Below, one piece after another: positions 36,965-46,163 of a DNA stretch of 64,000 nt. Source of the stretch: Escherichia coli (lineage in GTDB: Bacteria; Pseudomonadota; Gammaproteobacteria; Enterobacterales; Enterobacteriaceae); the NCBI RefSeq assembly GCF_024700885.2, contig NZ_CP117016.1; one strand, 5' to 3'. Positions within the stretch are counted from its first letter, which is position 1. Each line of letters opens with the position of its first letter. The notes beneath the pieces are model-generated. The model saw only the letters and a list, made by a program, of their open reading frames with translations. It had not been told where the DNA came from and did no database searches. The position numbers were made by a program, and so were the translations under genes.

Positions 36965-37386
36965 CCTCGCGCATACAGCCGGGCAGTGACGTCATCGTCT
37001 GCGCGGAAATGGACGAACAGTGGGGCTATGTCGGGGCTAAATCGCGCCAGCGCTGGCTGTTTTACGCGTATGACAGTCTCCGGAAGACGGTTGTTGCGCA
37101 CGTATTCGGTGAACGCACTATGGCGACGCTGGGGCGTCTTATGAGCCTGCTGTCACCCTTTGACGTGGTGATATGGATGACGGATGGCTGGCCGCTGTAT
37201 GAATCCCGCCTGAAGGGAAAGCTGCACGTAATCAGCAAGCGATATACGCAGCGAATTGAGCGGCATAACCTGAATCTGAGGCAGCACCTGGCACGGCTGG
37301 GACGGAAGTCGCTGTCGTTCTCAAAATCGGTGGAGCTGCATGACAAAGTCATCGGGCATTATCTGAACATAAAACACTATCAATAA
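36883..37386 (+). CDS. insB: IS1 InsB frame (expressed as InsAB' transposase by -1 frameshift)
   Basis: ORF in the -1 frame relative to insA; slippery A6C motif at 36940-36946 inside the insA/insB overlap. Confidence 0.85.
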
Positions 37387-37638
37387 GTTGGAGTCATTAC
37401 CCAGTCTGTCGATGACATTACAATGCCAGGATGGGCTTTATCTTCACGTTGTGCTATCGCGGTGTGAGAGGTGCAACTGCCGCCAACGTTAGGTTATACT
37501 GTCATCTCACCGTGTAACTTAACGTGACAGTTACTAAGGGCGGATCACAATGGTAGAACTCCTAAGCAAATTAAATAGGTAACTGTTTAAGTTGCTGACA
37601 GAGAAGACTTTTTTGGTCTTCTCCACCTGGGGAGATTC

Positions 37639-37712
37639 TGGAGCGGGCGAAGGGAATCGAACCCTCGTATAGAGCTTGGGAAGCTCTCGTTCTACCATTG
37701 AACTACGCCCGC
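37639..37712 (-). tRNA. glyU: tRNA-Gly (anticodon CCC)
   Basis: Minus strand reads GCGGGCGTAGTTCAATGGTAGAACGAGAGCTTCCCAAGCTCTATACGAGGGTTCGATTCCCTTCGCCCGCTCCA; cloverleaf with anticodon CCC and encoded CCA end. Confidence 0.9.
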
Positions 37713-37790
37713 TTCGAGATGCGTAAGGCATTATAAACCTTACGCTCTCCTTAGCAAGTGCCGCGCTGCTGACTGCTGATTAATTCGCCA

Positions 37791-38543
37791 TCAGCATTTT
37801 GGCTTGCTGCTCTGAGGCGGCAAGTAACGCAGCGGATCAATTGCCGTAGCACGGTAACGAATCTGGAAATGCAGGCGAACCGATGCCGCATCAGTGCTCC
37901 CCATAGTGGCGATTTTTTGCCCAGCCTTCACGCTTTGCCCATTATTTACCAGCATCGTGTCATTATGGGCGTAAGCCGTAATGTAATCTTCACTGTGTTT
38001 AATCATGATGAGATTACCGTAGCCACGCAGCTGGTTGCCCACATACACCACCTTTCCTGCACCCGCGGCGTAAATAGGTGTACCTCGTGGAGCTGAGATA
38101 TCAATCCCTTTATTGCCGCCATCAGCTGTCGAATACGGCATGATAACTTTCCCTGTCGTTGGCCATAACCAACAACGTTGCCCTACTGGCGGCCAGGAAG
38201 ATTTCGGTACTGCTGATGACGGTGTAACCGATGCGGTTTTGGTCGTTGATTTGGCGGTTGATTTACGTGTACTGCTACTTTTCGCCCCACCCAGTTTTAG
38301 TTTCTGACCAACTTCAATGGTGTAAGGGGGGGAAATGCCGTTCAGTCGCGCCAGCTCTTTTACGCTGGTTCCCGTGGTGCGCGAAATACGATATAGCGTA
38401 TCCCCCCGTTTCACGGTGTAAACGGAGCCGGAATACGTTCCTGTATCGGATGATTTGCTACCCGAGCAGCCCGCCAAAAGCAGTCCAACCGATAACAACA
38501 TCACGATACCCAGAGATTTTTTATTCAGGCGTCCCGCACTCAA
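37791..38543 (-). CDS. ygeR: LysM + M23-family peptidase-domain lipoprotein
   Basis: ORF 37791..38567; lipobox LLAGCSG, LysM segment YTVKRGDTLYRISRTTGTSVKELARLNGI, C-terminal M23-like domain; probable TTG start with RBS GAGGA 6 nt upstream. Confidence 0.8.
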   Translation of the reverse strand: MSAGRLNKKSLGIVMLLSVGLLLAGCSGSKSSDTGTYSGSVYTVKRGDTLYRISRTTGTSVKELARLNGISPPYTIEVGQKLKLGGAKSSSTRKSTAKSTTKTASVTPSSAVPKSSWPPVGQRCWLWPTTGKVIMPYSTADGGNKGIDISAPRGTPIYAAGAGKVVYVGNQLRGYGNLIMIKHSEDYITAYAHNDTMLVNNGQSVKAGQKIATMGSTDAASVRLHFQIRYRATAIDPLRYLPPQSSKPKC

Positions 38544-38887
38544 AATCTTTCCTCGCTTAAAAAACAAGACGCCATATCATAGCAGCCAGCCTCTGGATAC
38601 CCAATCTCTTGCTTCTCGAAAAACGCGGTAATAGAGAAAGAGGTTAATTTCATTTGGCAAAGGGAAGTATCATCAGCAAAATATTCGCTGCAGAGGTATC
38701 GAATTTCCTGACTTTTTTACCCTATTTCCCATCCTGATGCGTAATAATCCTGATTTATCACATTGATTTTATCGCCACTCATATTGATACGTATCACTGC
38801 CCCTATTCAGAGTCCTGTTTCGTATCATATCTGTGTTTTTTTAACGTCATCACACTTCCTTCCTCCCCTAACGCTTATCGTCGTTTC

Positions 38888-38902
38888 TGGCGTAAATCTT
38901 GC
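38888..38902 (+). promoter_or_regulatory. Candidate sigma54 (-24/-12) promoter for xdhABC
   Basis: TGGCGTA-AATC-TTGC matches TGGCAC-N5-TTGC with correct GG-N10-GC spacing, about 95 nt upstream of xdhA; TTATCA-CAT-TGAT and TGATA-CG-TATCA palindromes at 38751-38797. Confidence 0.45.
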
Positions 38903-38997
38903 CTGCTTAGACTAAATCTTTGCCATAAGAACCAAATGTTCAAATCGAGGGGATTTCTATGGAAGCGCGGGAAGCAACCGCTACGGGTGAATCTTGC

Positions 38998-41256
38998 ATG
39001 CGCGTCGATGCCATTGCTAAGGTCACCGGGCGGGCACGATATACTGACGATTATGTTATGGCGGGCATGTGTTACGCGAAATATGTACGTAGCCCTATCG
39101 CACATGGTTATGCCGTAAGTATTAATGATGAACAAGCCAGAAGTTTACCAGGCGTACTGGCGATTTTTACCTGGGAAGATGTACCTGATATCCCATTCGC
39201 TACAGCTGGGCATGCCTGGACACTTGACGAAAACAAGCGCGATACCGCCGATCGCGCACTGCTAACTCGCCATGTTCGTCATCATGGTGACGCCGTTGCC
39301 ATCGTCGTGGCCCGTGATGAACTCACGGCAGAAAAAGCGGCGCAATTGGTCAGCATTGAGTGGCAAGAATTACCCGTTATCACCACGCCAGAAGCGGCGC
39401 TGGCAGATGACGCTGCACCAATCCATAACGGCGGCAATTTACTAAAACAAAGCTCGATGTCGACGGGTAATGTCCAACAAACAATCGATGCCGCCGATTA
39501 CCAGGTGCAGGGGCACTATCAGACGCCGGTCATTCAACATTGTCACATGGAAAGCGTGACATCGCTGGCATGGATGGAGGATGACTCGCGAATTACCATC
39601 GTTTCCAGCACCCAGATCCCGCACATTGTTCGCCGTGTGGTTGGTCAGGCGCTGAATATTCCCTGGTCATGCGTACGAGTCATCAAACCGTTTGTCGGTG
39701 GCGGTTTTGGTAATAAACAGGATGTACTGGAAGAGCCAATGGCGGCATTCCTGACCAGCAAGCTTGGCGGCATTCCGGTGAAAGTTTCCCTTAGCCGTGA
39801 AGAGTGTTTCCTCGCAACCCGTACCCGCCACGCTTTTACTATTGACGGGCAAATGGGCGTGAACCGCGACGGAACATTGAAAGGTTATAGTCTGGATGTT
39901 CTGTCTAACACCGGCGCTTATGCATCTCACGGGCACTCCATCGCTTCTGCAGGGGGGAATAAAGTCGCTTACCTTTATCCTCGTTGTGCCTACGCTTACA
40001 GTTCAAAGACCTGCTATACCAACCTCCCCTCGGCTGGTGCGATGCGTGGTTATGGCGCGCCACAAGTCGTATTTGCCGTTGAGTCTATGCTTGATGACGC
40101 CGCGACAGCGTTAGGTATTGATCCTGTTGAAATTCGTTTACGCAACGCCGCCCGCGAAGGAGATGCTAATCCGCTCACAGGCAAACGTATTTACAGCGCA
40201 GGGTTGCCGGAGTGTCTTGAAAAAGGCCGGAAAATCTTTGAATGGGAAAAACGCCGTGCAGAGTGCCAGAACCAGCAAGGCAATTTACGCCGCGGCGTTG
40301 GCGTCGCCTGTTTTAGCTACACCTCTAACACCTGGCCTGTCGGCGTAGAAATTGCTGGCGCGCGCCTGTTGATGAATCAGGATGGAACCATCAACGTACA
40401 GAGTGGTGCCACGGAAATCGGCCAGGGTGCCGACACCGTGTTCTCGCAAATGGTGGCAGAAACCGTGGGGGTTCCGGTCAGCGACATTCGCGTTATTTCA
40501 ACACAAGATACCGACGTTACGCCGTTCGATCCCGGCGCATTTGCCTCACGCCAGAGCTATGTTGCCGCGCCCGCGCTACGCAGTGCGGCACTGTTATTAA
40601 AGGAGAAAATCATCGCTCACGCCGCTGTCATGCTACATCAGTCAGCGATGAATCTTACCTTGATAAAAGGCCATATCGTGCTGGTTGAACGACCGGAAGA
40701 GCCGTTAATGTCGTTAAAAGATTTGGCGATGGATGCCTTCTACCACCCTGAACGCGGCGGGCAGCTCTCTGCCGAAAGCTCCATCAAAACCACCACTAAC
40801 CCACCAGCGTTTGGCTGTACCTTTGTTGATCTGACGATCGATATTGCGCTGTGCAAAGTCACCATCAACCGCATCCTTAACGTTCATGATTCGGGCCATA
40901 TTCTTAATCCGTTGCTGGCAGAAGGTCAGGTACACGGCGGAATGGGAATGGGCATTGGCTGGGCGCTATTTGAAGAGATGATCATCGATGCGAAAAGCGG
41001 CGTGGTCCGTAACCCCAATCTGCTGGATTACAAAATGCCCACCATGCCGGATCTGCCACAACTGGAAAGCGCGTTCGTCGAAATCAATGAGCCGCAATCC
41101 GCATACGGACATAAGTCACTGGGTGAGCCACCAATAATTCCTGTTGCCGCTGCTATTCGTAACGCGGTGAAGATGGCTACCGGTGTTGCAATCAATACAC
41201 TGCCGCTGACGCCAAAACGGTTATATGAAGAGTTCCATCTGGCAGGATTGATTTGA
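38998..41256 (+). CDS. xdhA: Xanthine dehydrogenase molybdenum-binding subunit
   Basis: Molybdopterin-binding aldehyde oxidase/XDH family ORF; alternative in-frame upstream ATG at 38959 with GAGGGG RBS (start uncertain). Confidence 0.9.
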   Translation: MRVDAIAKVTGRARYTDDYVMAGMCYAKYVRSPIAHGYAVSINDEQARSLPGVLAIFTWEDVPDIPFATAGHAWTLDENKRDTADRALLTRHVRHHGDAVAIVVARDELTAEKAAQLVSIEWQELPVITTPEAALADDAAPIHNGGNLLKQSSMSTGNVQQTIDAADYQVQGHYQTPVIQHCHMESVTSLAWMEDDSRITIVSSTQIPHIVRRVVGQALNIPWSCVRVIKPFVGGGFGNKQDVLEEPMAAFLTSKLGGIPVKVSLSREECFLATRTRHAFTIDGQMGVNRDGTLKGYSLDVLSNTGAYASHGHSIASAGGNKVAYLYPRCAYAYSSKTCYTNLPSAGAMRGYGAPQVVFAVESMLDDAATALGIDPVEIRLRNAAREGDANPLTGKRIYSAGLPECLEKGRKIFEWEKRRAECQNQQGNLRRGVGVACFSYTSNTWPVGVEIAGARLLMNQDGTINVQSGATEIGQGADTVFSQMVAETVGVPVSDIRVISTQDTDVTPFDPGAFASRQSYVAAPALRSAALLLKEKIIAHAAVMLHQSAMNLTLIKGHIVLVERPEEPLMSLKDLAMDAFYHPERGGQLSAESSIKTTTNPPAFGCTFVDLTIDIALCKVTINRILNVHDSGHILNPLLAEGQVHGGMGMGIGWALFEEMIIDAKSGVVRNPNLLDYKMPTMPDLPQLESAFVEINEPQSAYGHKSLGEPPIIPVAAAIRNAVKMATGVAINTLPLTPKRLYEEFHLAGLI

Positions 41257-41266
41257 GGATAACATC

Positions 41267-42145
41267 ATGTTTGATTTTGCTTCTTACCATCGCGCAGCAA
41301 CCCTTGCCGATGCCATCAACCTGCTGGCTGACAACCCACAGGCCAAACTGCTCGCCGGTGGCACTGACGTACTGATTCAGCTCCACCATCACAATGACCG
41401 TTATCGCCATATTGTTGATATTCATAATCTGGCGGAGCTGCGGGGAATTACGCTAGCGGAAGATGGCTCACTACGTATCGGCTCTGCAACGACATTTACC
41501 CAGCTCATTGAAGATCCTGTAACTCAACGTCATCTCCCAGCGTTATGTGCTGCGGCCTCGTCCATTGCCGGACCGCAGATCCGTAACGTCGCTACCTACG
41601 GTGGAAATATTTGCAACGGTGCTACCAGTGCAGATTCTGCCACGCCAACGCTAATTTATGACGCGAAACTGGAGATTCACTCCCCGCGCGGTGTTCGTTT
41701 CGTCCCGATTAATGGCTTTCACACTGGGCCGGGCAAAGTGTCTCTTGAGCATGACGAAATCCTTGTCGCCTTTCATTTTCCGCCCCAGCCGAAAGAACAC
41801 GCGGGCAGCGCGCATTTTAAATATGCCATGCGCGACGCAATGGATATTTCAACGATTGGCTGCGCCGCACATTGCCGACTGGATAACGGCAATTTCAGCG
41901 AATTACGCCTGGCATTTGGTGTTGCCGCGCCAACGCCAATTCGCTGCCAACATGCCGAACAGACTGCACAAAATGCGCCATTAAACCTGCAAACACTGGA
42001 AGCCATCAGCGAATCAGTCCTGCAAGATGTCGCCCCGCGTTCTTCATGGCGGGCCAGTAAAGAGTTTCGTCTGCATCTCATCCAGACGATGACCAAAAAA
42101 GTGATTAGCGAAGCCGTCGCCGCGGCGGGGGGAAAATTGCAATGA
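41267..42145 (+). CDS. xdhB: Xanthine dehydrogenase FAD-binding subunit
   Basis: 292-aa CO dehydrogenase flavoprotein-like ORF (GGTDVL motif); overlaps xdhC start (ATGA). Confidence 0.95.
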
Positions 42146-42621
42146 ATCACAGCGAAACAATCACCATCGAATGCACCATTAACGGGATGCCTTTTCAGCT
42201 TCACGCCGCACCAGGCACGCCGCTCTCGGAATTACTCCGCGAACAAGGACTGCTAAGTGTCAAACAAGGGTGCTGCGTGGGTGAATGTGGTGCCTGTACG
42301 GTGCTGGTCGACGGCACAGCAATAGACAGTTGCTTATACCTTGCCGCCTGGGCTGAAGGAAAAGAGATCCGCACGCTGGAAGGTGAAGCGAAAGGCGGAA
42401 AACTTTCTCATGTACAGCAGGCTTATGCTAAATCCGGCGCAGTGCAGTGCGGGTTTTGTACGCCTGGCCTGATTATGGCTACCACAGCAATGCTGGCGAA
42501 ACCACGCGAGAAGCCATTAACCATTACGGAAATTCGTCGCGGACTGGCGGGAAATCTTTGTCGCTGCACGGGGTATCAGATGATTGTAAATACAGTTCTG
42601 GATTGCGAGAAAACGAAGTAA
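42142..42621 (+). CDS. xdhC: Xanthine dehydrogenase [2Fe-2S] subunit
   Basis: 159-aa ORF with both 2Fe-2S cysteine motifs ([11 protein letters not shown] ... QCGFCTPG ... CRCTGY). Confidence 0.95.
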
Positions 42622-42628
42622 AAGGATA

Positions 42629-42650
42629 TCCGGCCTGAATTCAGGCCGGA
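42629..42650. terminator. Palindromic hairpin between convergent xdhC and ygeV
   Basis: TCCGGCCTG-AATT-CAGGCCGGA; on the minus strand followed by a U-rich tract, so mainly a ygeV terminator, possibly bidirectional. Confidence 0.55.
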
Positions 42651-42660
42651 TTCACTGAGG

Positions 42661-44439
42661 TTATGTGTTTAACAACTCATATTTCTTAATCTTGCGATAG
42701 AGCGTAGCAATGCCGATGCCCAGTTCATCAGCAACTTGCTTCTTGCTGTTATGACGTGAAAGCGCCTCGCGGATCATTTGCTTTTCCATCTCCTCCAGCG
42801 CCGTGCCGCCCGCATCATCGAGTGCCAGGTGCGCCTCGTTGACCTCTGTTACATCACTTTGCTCCGTTGTGCCATTATTCAGCAGATTTGGCGGCAATAG
42901 CGTGCTGTCGATAACTTCACCTGAAGGAACCACGTTAACCAGATATTCCATCAAATTGCTTAACTCGCGCAGGTTTCCGGGCCAACGATGCTTACGCAAT
43001 ATTTCGACGACATCGGGAGCAATGCCCGGATAAACCGATCCCAGACGACGGGTATGCAGATGTAAAAAGTAATGCACCAGTAGTTCAATATCTTCCTGAC
43101 GTTCACGCAGCGGTGGCAGAGTTATCGGGATAACATTAAGTCGGTAGAAGAGATCTTCGCGGAATTTACCTTCGGCAATGAACTGGGCCAAATTCTGGTT
43201 AGTTGCAGAAATGATGCGAATGTCGACTTGTATTGGGCTACTGGCACCAATCGGCAGAATTTCACGCGCCTCAATAGCGCGCAGTAATTTAGCCTGCAAC
43301 ATTAATGGCATATCACCTATTTCATCGAGAAACAGCGTGCCCGTATTCGCCGCCTGAATCAACCCTGTTTTACCGTTGGCAGAAGCGCCAGTAAATGCGC
43401 CTTTAACATAACCGAACAGTTCGCTCTCCAGAAGCTGCTCCGGAATCGCGGCACAGTTGATAGCAATAAAGGGTTTATTCCGTCTTCCGCTCAACTTATG
43501 GATTGCACGGGCGACAACTTCTTTACCCGTGCCGCTTTCACCAACCACCATAACGCTGGATGGGCTGGGTGCAATACGGCTAATGAGTCGTTTTAATTGC
43601 CGCATAACACGGCACTCGCCAACCAATTGTTCAATATGCGGTTCATCAGGTGCATTTGCTACAGAAAAACTGGTATGCGATTGGTGAAACGCCATTAAAA
43701 ATAATTGTCGGCCCTGAATGTTATGCAATTGACCAATGATTAATTCACTTTTATCGTCCCACGAAACAATATGCTGCATATGTCCATGGGTAAAATTACT
43801 CTCAAATGTTAATGGTCTGAAACGGATAGGTTTCCCAATAATATTATTTTGTACAACACCAAGTGTTTTTAAGGCAGTCTGATTAACAAACTGAATCCGA
43901 TTATCGTCATCAACAACTAATACACCCTGATCCATATTATCGATCATGGTCGCGAATATTTTACTGATGTTATCTCCTGGTCCCTGATCCTCCAGAAGTT
44001 TCGAAACAAAAATGGTGGATATATGGCGAACGTAATCAGAAAATTCGCGTAAATTATCACTAATATGCTCTTGTTGCTCGTGGGTAACGGCAATCAAACT
44101 TATCACCCCAACACAACGATCCTGTAAAATGACAGGCGTACCCAGAAATGCTTTTTCGCGGCAATTTTCTTTACTATCGCAACCTTCGCAAAGGGGATCG
44201 AAGCGAGACTGTGTCACAACTTTTTCAGTTTTCGTTTCCAGGACGTGGCGGAGCAGGCGTGAGTTGCCGCTCAACTGGCGACCAAGAAACTTCCCATACG
44301 CGCCCGTTCCGGCGACGCGACACAAGTTTTCATCAACGATCTCAACCTCAAGCTGCAAAACGCTGGCAAGCATTCTGGCAAAACGCTGAATTGTCGGTTG
44401 AATTTGCATCAATACTGACTGCGTAGTAGCAAGCTCCAT
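42661..44439 (-). CDS. ygeV: Sigma54-dependent transcriptional activator (bacterial enhancer-binding protein)
   Basis: 592-aa ORF with AAA+ sigma54 interaction domain: Walker A GESGTGKE, GAFTGA motif (KGAFTGA), ESELFGY, and C-terminal HTH. Confidence 0.9.
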   Translation of the reverse strand: MELATTQSVLMQIQPTIQRFARMLASVLQLEVEIVDENLCRVAGTGAYGKFLGRQLSGNSRLLRHVLETKTEKVVTQSRFDPLCEGCDSKENCREKAFLGTPVILQDRCVGVISLIAVTHEQQEHISDNLREFSDYVRHISTIFVSKLLEDQGPGDNISKIFATMIDNMDQGVLVVDDDNRIQFVNQTALKTLGVVQNNIIGKPIRFRPLTFESNFTHGHMQHIVSWDDKSELIIGQLHNIQGRQLFLMAFHQSHTSFSVANAPDEPHIEQLVGECRVMRQLKRLISRIAPSPSSVMVVGESGTGKEVVARAIHKLSGRRNKPFIAINCAAIPEQLLESELFGYVKGAFTGASANGKTGLIQAANTGTLFLDEIGDMPLMLQAKLLRAIEAREILPIGASSPIQVDIRIISATNQNLAQFIAEGKFREDLFYRLNVIPITLPPLRERQEDIELLVHYFLHLHTRRLGSVYPGIAPDVVEILRKHRWPGNLRELSNLMEYLVNVVPSGEVIDSTLLPPNLLNNGTTEQSDVTEVNEAHLALDDAGGTALEEMEKQMIREALSRHNSKKQVADELGIGIATLYRKIKKYELLNT

Positions 44440-44808
44440 AGCTTTACCTTCCAGACTTACTTAAAAGTCGATCATTGAAGACGTTGATGGTTCACAGATC
44501 ATGATGATATTAACTCAGGCGAAATTGGCTTTGATAAAAACATAAGATTTTTATCACTTTCTAATGAAATTATGGAAGAGATATCACATTTCTATATCAA
44601 TATGAGAATTACGGCGGTGAGTTTATCAAACTGAAGAGAGAGCGCCTGTTCCTTTATCTTATTTCTGATACTTAGCAGCAAATAAATAACGCGATAAAAA
44701 AAGCCAAACGTTTTCGTATTTTACAAACAACCAGAAGCTGGCATCAATTTGTGATCAACCCCACACATTACCCGTCAAATTAGTCTTTTGCAGCCGCTTG
44801 GATAATTC

Positions 44809-44824
44809 TGGCATAGTTATTGTT
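44809..44824 (+). promoter_or_regulatory. Weak candidate sigma54 promoter upstream of ygeW
   Basis: TGGCATA-GTTA-TTGT: -24 element good, -12 is GT rather than GC; TGATAA/TTATCA-type repeats further upstream (44531-44633). Confidence 0.3.
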
Positions 44825-44915
44825 AGTCCCAGGTATAGCTGTGAAAAGACCAATCACTTTTGGCAAGTCACAGTGAAATAAACCTCTTTGCCTGTCATTC
44901 CACTACCGGGACTTT

Positions 44916-46106
44916 ATGATGAAAACTGTTAATGAGCTGATTAAGGATATCAATTCGCTGACCTCTCACCTTCACGAGAAAGATTTTTTGTTAACGTGGG
45001 AACAGACGCCAGATGAACTGAAACAAGTACTGGACGTTGCCGCAGCATTAAAAGCACTGCGTGCTGAAAACATCTCAACCAAAGTCTTTAATAGTGGATT
45101 AGGTATTTCCGTATTCCGCGACAACTCCACCCGTACCCGTTTCTCTTATGCTTCCGCGCTTAACCTGCTCGGCCTTGCACAGCAAGATCTCGACGAAGGC
45201 AAATCACAAATCGCTCACGGCGAAACCGTGCGTGAAACCGCCAATATGATCTCCTTCTGCGCCGATGCCATCGGTATTCGTGACGATATGTATCTGGGCG
45301 CAGGCAACGCCTATATGCGTGAAGTTGGCGCTGCACTTGATGACGGTTACAAGCAGGGTGTGCTGCCGCAACGTCCGGCTTTAGTGAACCTGCAATGCGA
45401 TATTGACCACCCGACTCAGTCAATGGCTGACCTGGCATGGTTACGTGAACACTTTGGTTCACTGGAAAACCTGAAAGGTAAAAAAATCGCCATGACCTGG
45501 GCCTACTCCCCAAGCTATGGCAAACCGCTCTCTGTACCACAAGGCATCATCGGTCTGATGACTCGCTTCGGTATGGATGTCACCCTGGCCCATCCGGAAG
45601 GCTACGACCTGATCCCGGATGTCGTTGAAGTCGCTAAAAACAATGCTAAAGCCTCCGGCGGTAGCTTCCGTCAGGTCACCAGCATGGAAGAAGCCTTCAA
45701 AGACGCAGACATCGTTTATCCGAAGTCATGGGCACCTTACAAAGTGATGGAAGAGCGTACTGAATTGCTGCGTGCGAACGATCACGAAGGCTTAAAAGCA
45801 CTGGAAAAACAGTGTCTGGCACAGAACGCGCAACACAAAGACTGGCATTGTACTGAAGAGATGATGGAACTGACCCGTGATGGCGAAGCCCTGTACATGC
45901 ACTGCCTGCCAGCTGATATCAGCGGCGTATCCTGCAAAGAAGGTGAAGTGACTGAAGGCGTATTCGAAAAATACCGTATCGCGACCTACAAAGAAGCCAG
46001 CTGGAAGCCTTATATCATCGCCGCGATGATCCTGTCCCGCAAATACGCCAAACCAGGTGCACTGCTCGAGCAACTGCTGAAAGAAGCGCAAGAACGCGTG
46101 AAATAA
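44916..46106 (+). CDS. ygeW: Carbamoyltransferase-family protein (ATCase/OTCase fold)
   Basis: 396-aa ORF with carbamoyl-phosphate binding STRTR motif (DNSTRTRFSYASA). Confidence 0.9.
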   Translation: MMKTVNELIKDINSLTSHLHEKDFLLTWEQTPDELKQVLDVAAALKALRAENISTKVFNSGLGISVFRDNSTRTRFSYASALNLLGLAQQDLDEGKSQIAHGETVRETANMISFCADAIGIRDDMYLGAGNAYMREVGAALDDGYKQGVLPQRPALVNLQCDIDHPTQSMADLAWLREHFGSLENLKGKKIAMTWAYSPSYGKPLSVPQGIIGLMTRFGMDVTLAHPEGYDLIPDVVEVAKNNAKASGGSFRQVTSMEEAFKDADIVYPKSWAPYKVMEERTELLRANDHEGLKALEKQCLAQNAQHKDWHCTEEMMELTRDGEALYMHCLPADISGVSCKEGEVTEGVFEKYRIATYKEASWKPYIIAAMILSRKYAKPGALLEQLLKEAQERVK

Positions 46107-46163
46107 CCCCTCGGGCCGATCAGCTGGTCGGCCCTCTATTTCCAGAGGCCAAAAGGATAGGAT

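Larger units (their letters stand above)
36634..37401 (+). mobile_element. Complete IS1 insertion sequence (768 bp)
   Basis: Terminal inverted repeats GGTGATGCTGCCAACTTACTGAT (36634-36656) and ATCAATAAGTTGGAGTCATTACC (37379-37401); encodes insA and insB; flanking 9-mers differ (TTACAAACA vs CAGTCTGTC), so no target-site duplication. Confidence 0.95.

Noticed and set aside
37534-37731. ORF of 65 aa on the minus strand
   Set aside because: It is co-extensive with tRNA-Gly glyU (37639-37712); an artefact of the GC-rich tRNA sequence.
38959-38997. Upstream in-frame ATG (38959) as the xdhA start, adding 13 codons
   Set aside because: Not excluded: it has a good GAGGGG RBS. I reported the shorter start (38998), which matches the N-terminus MRVDAIAK I recall for XdhA; N-terminal proteomics would settle it.
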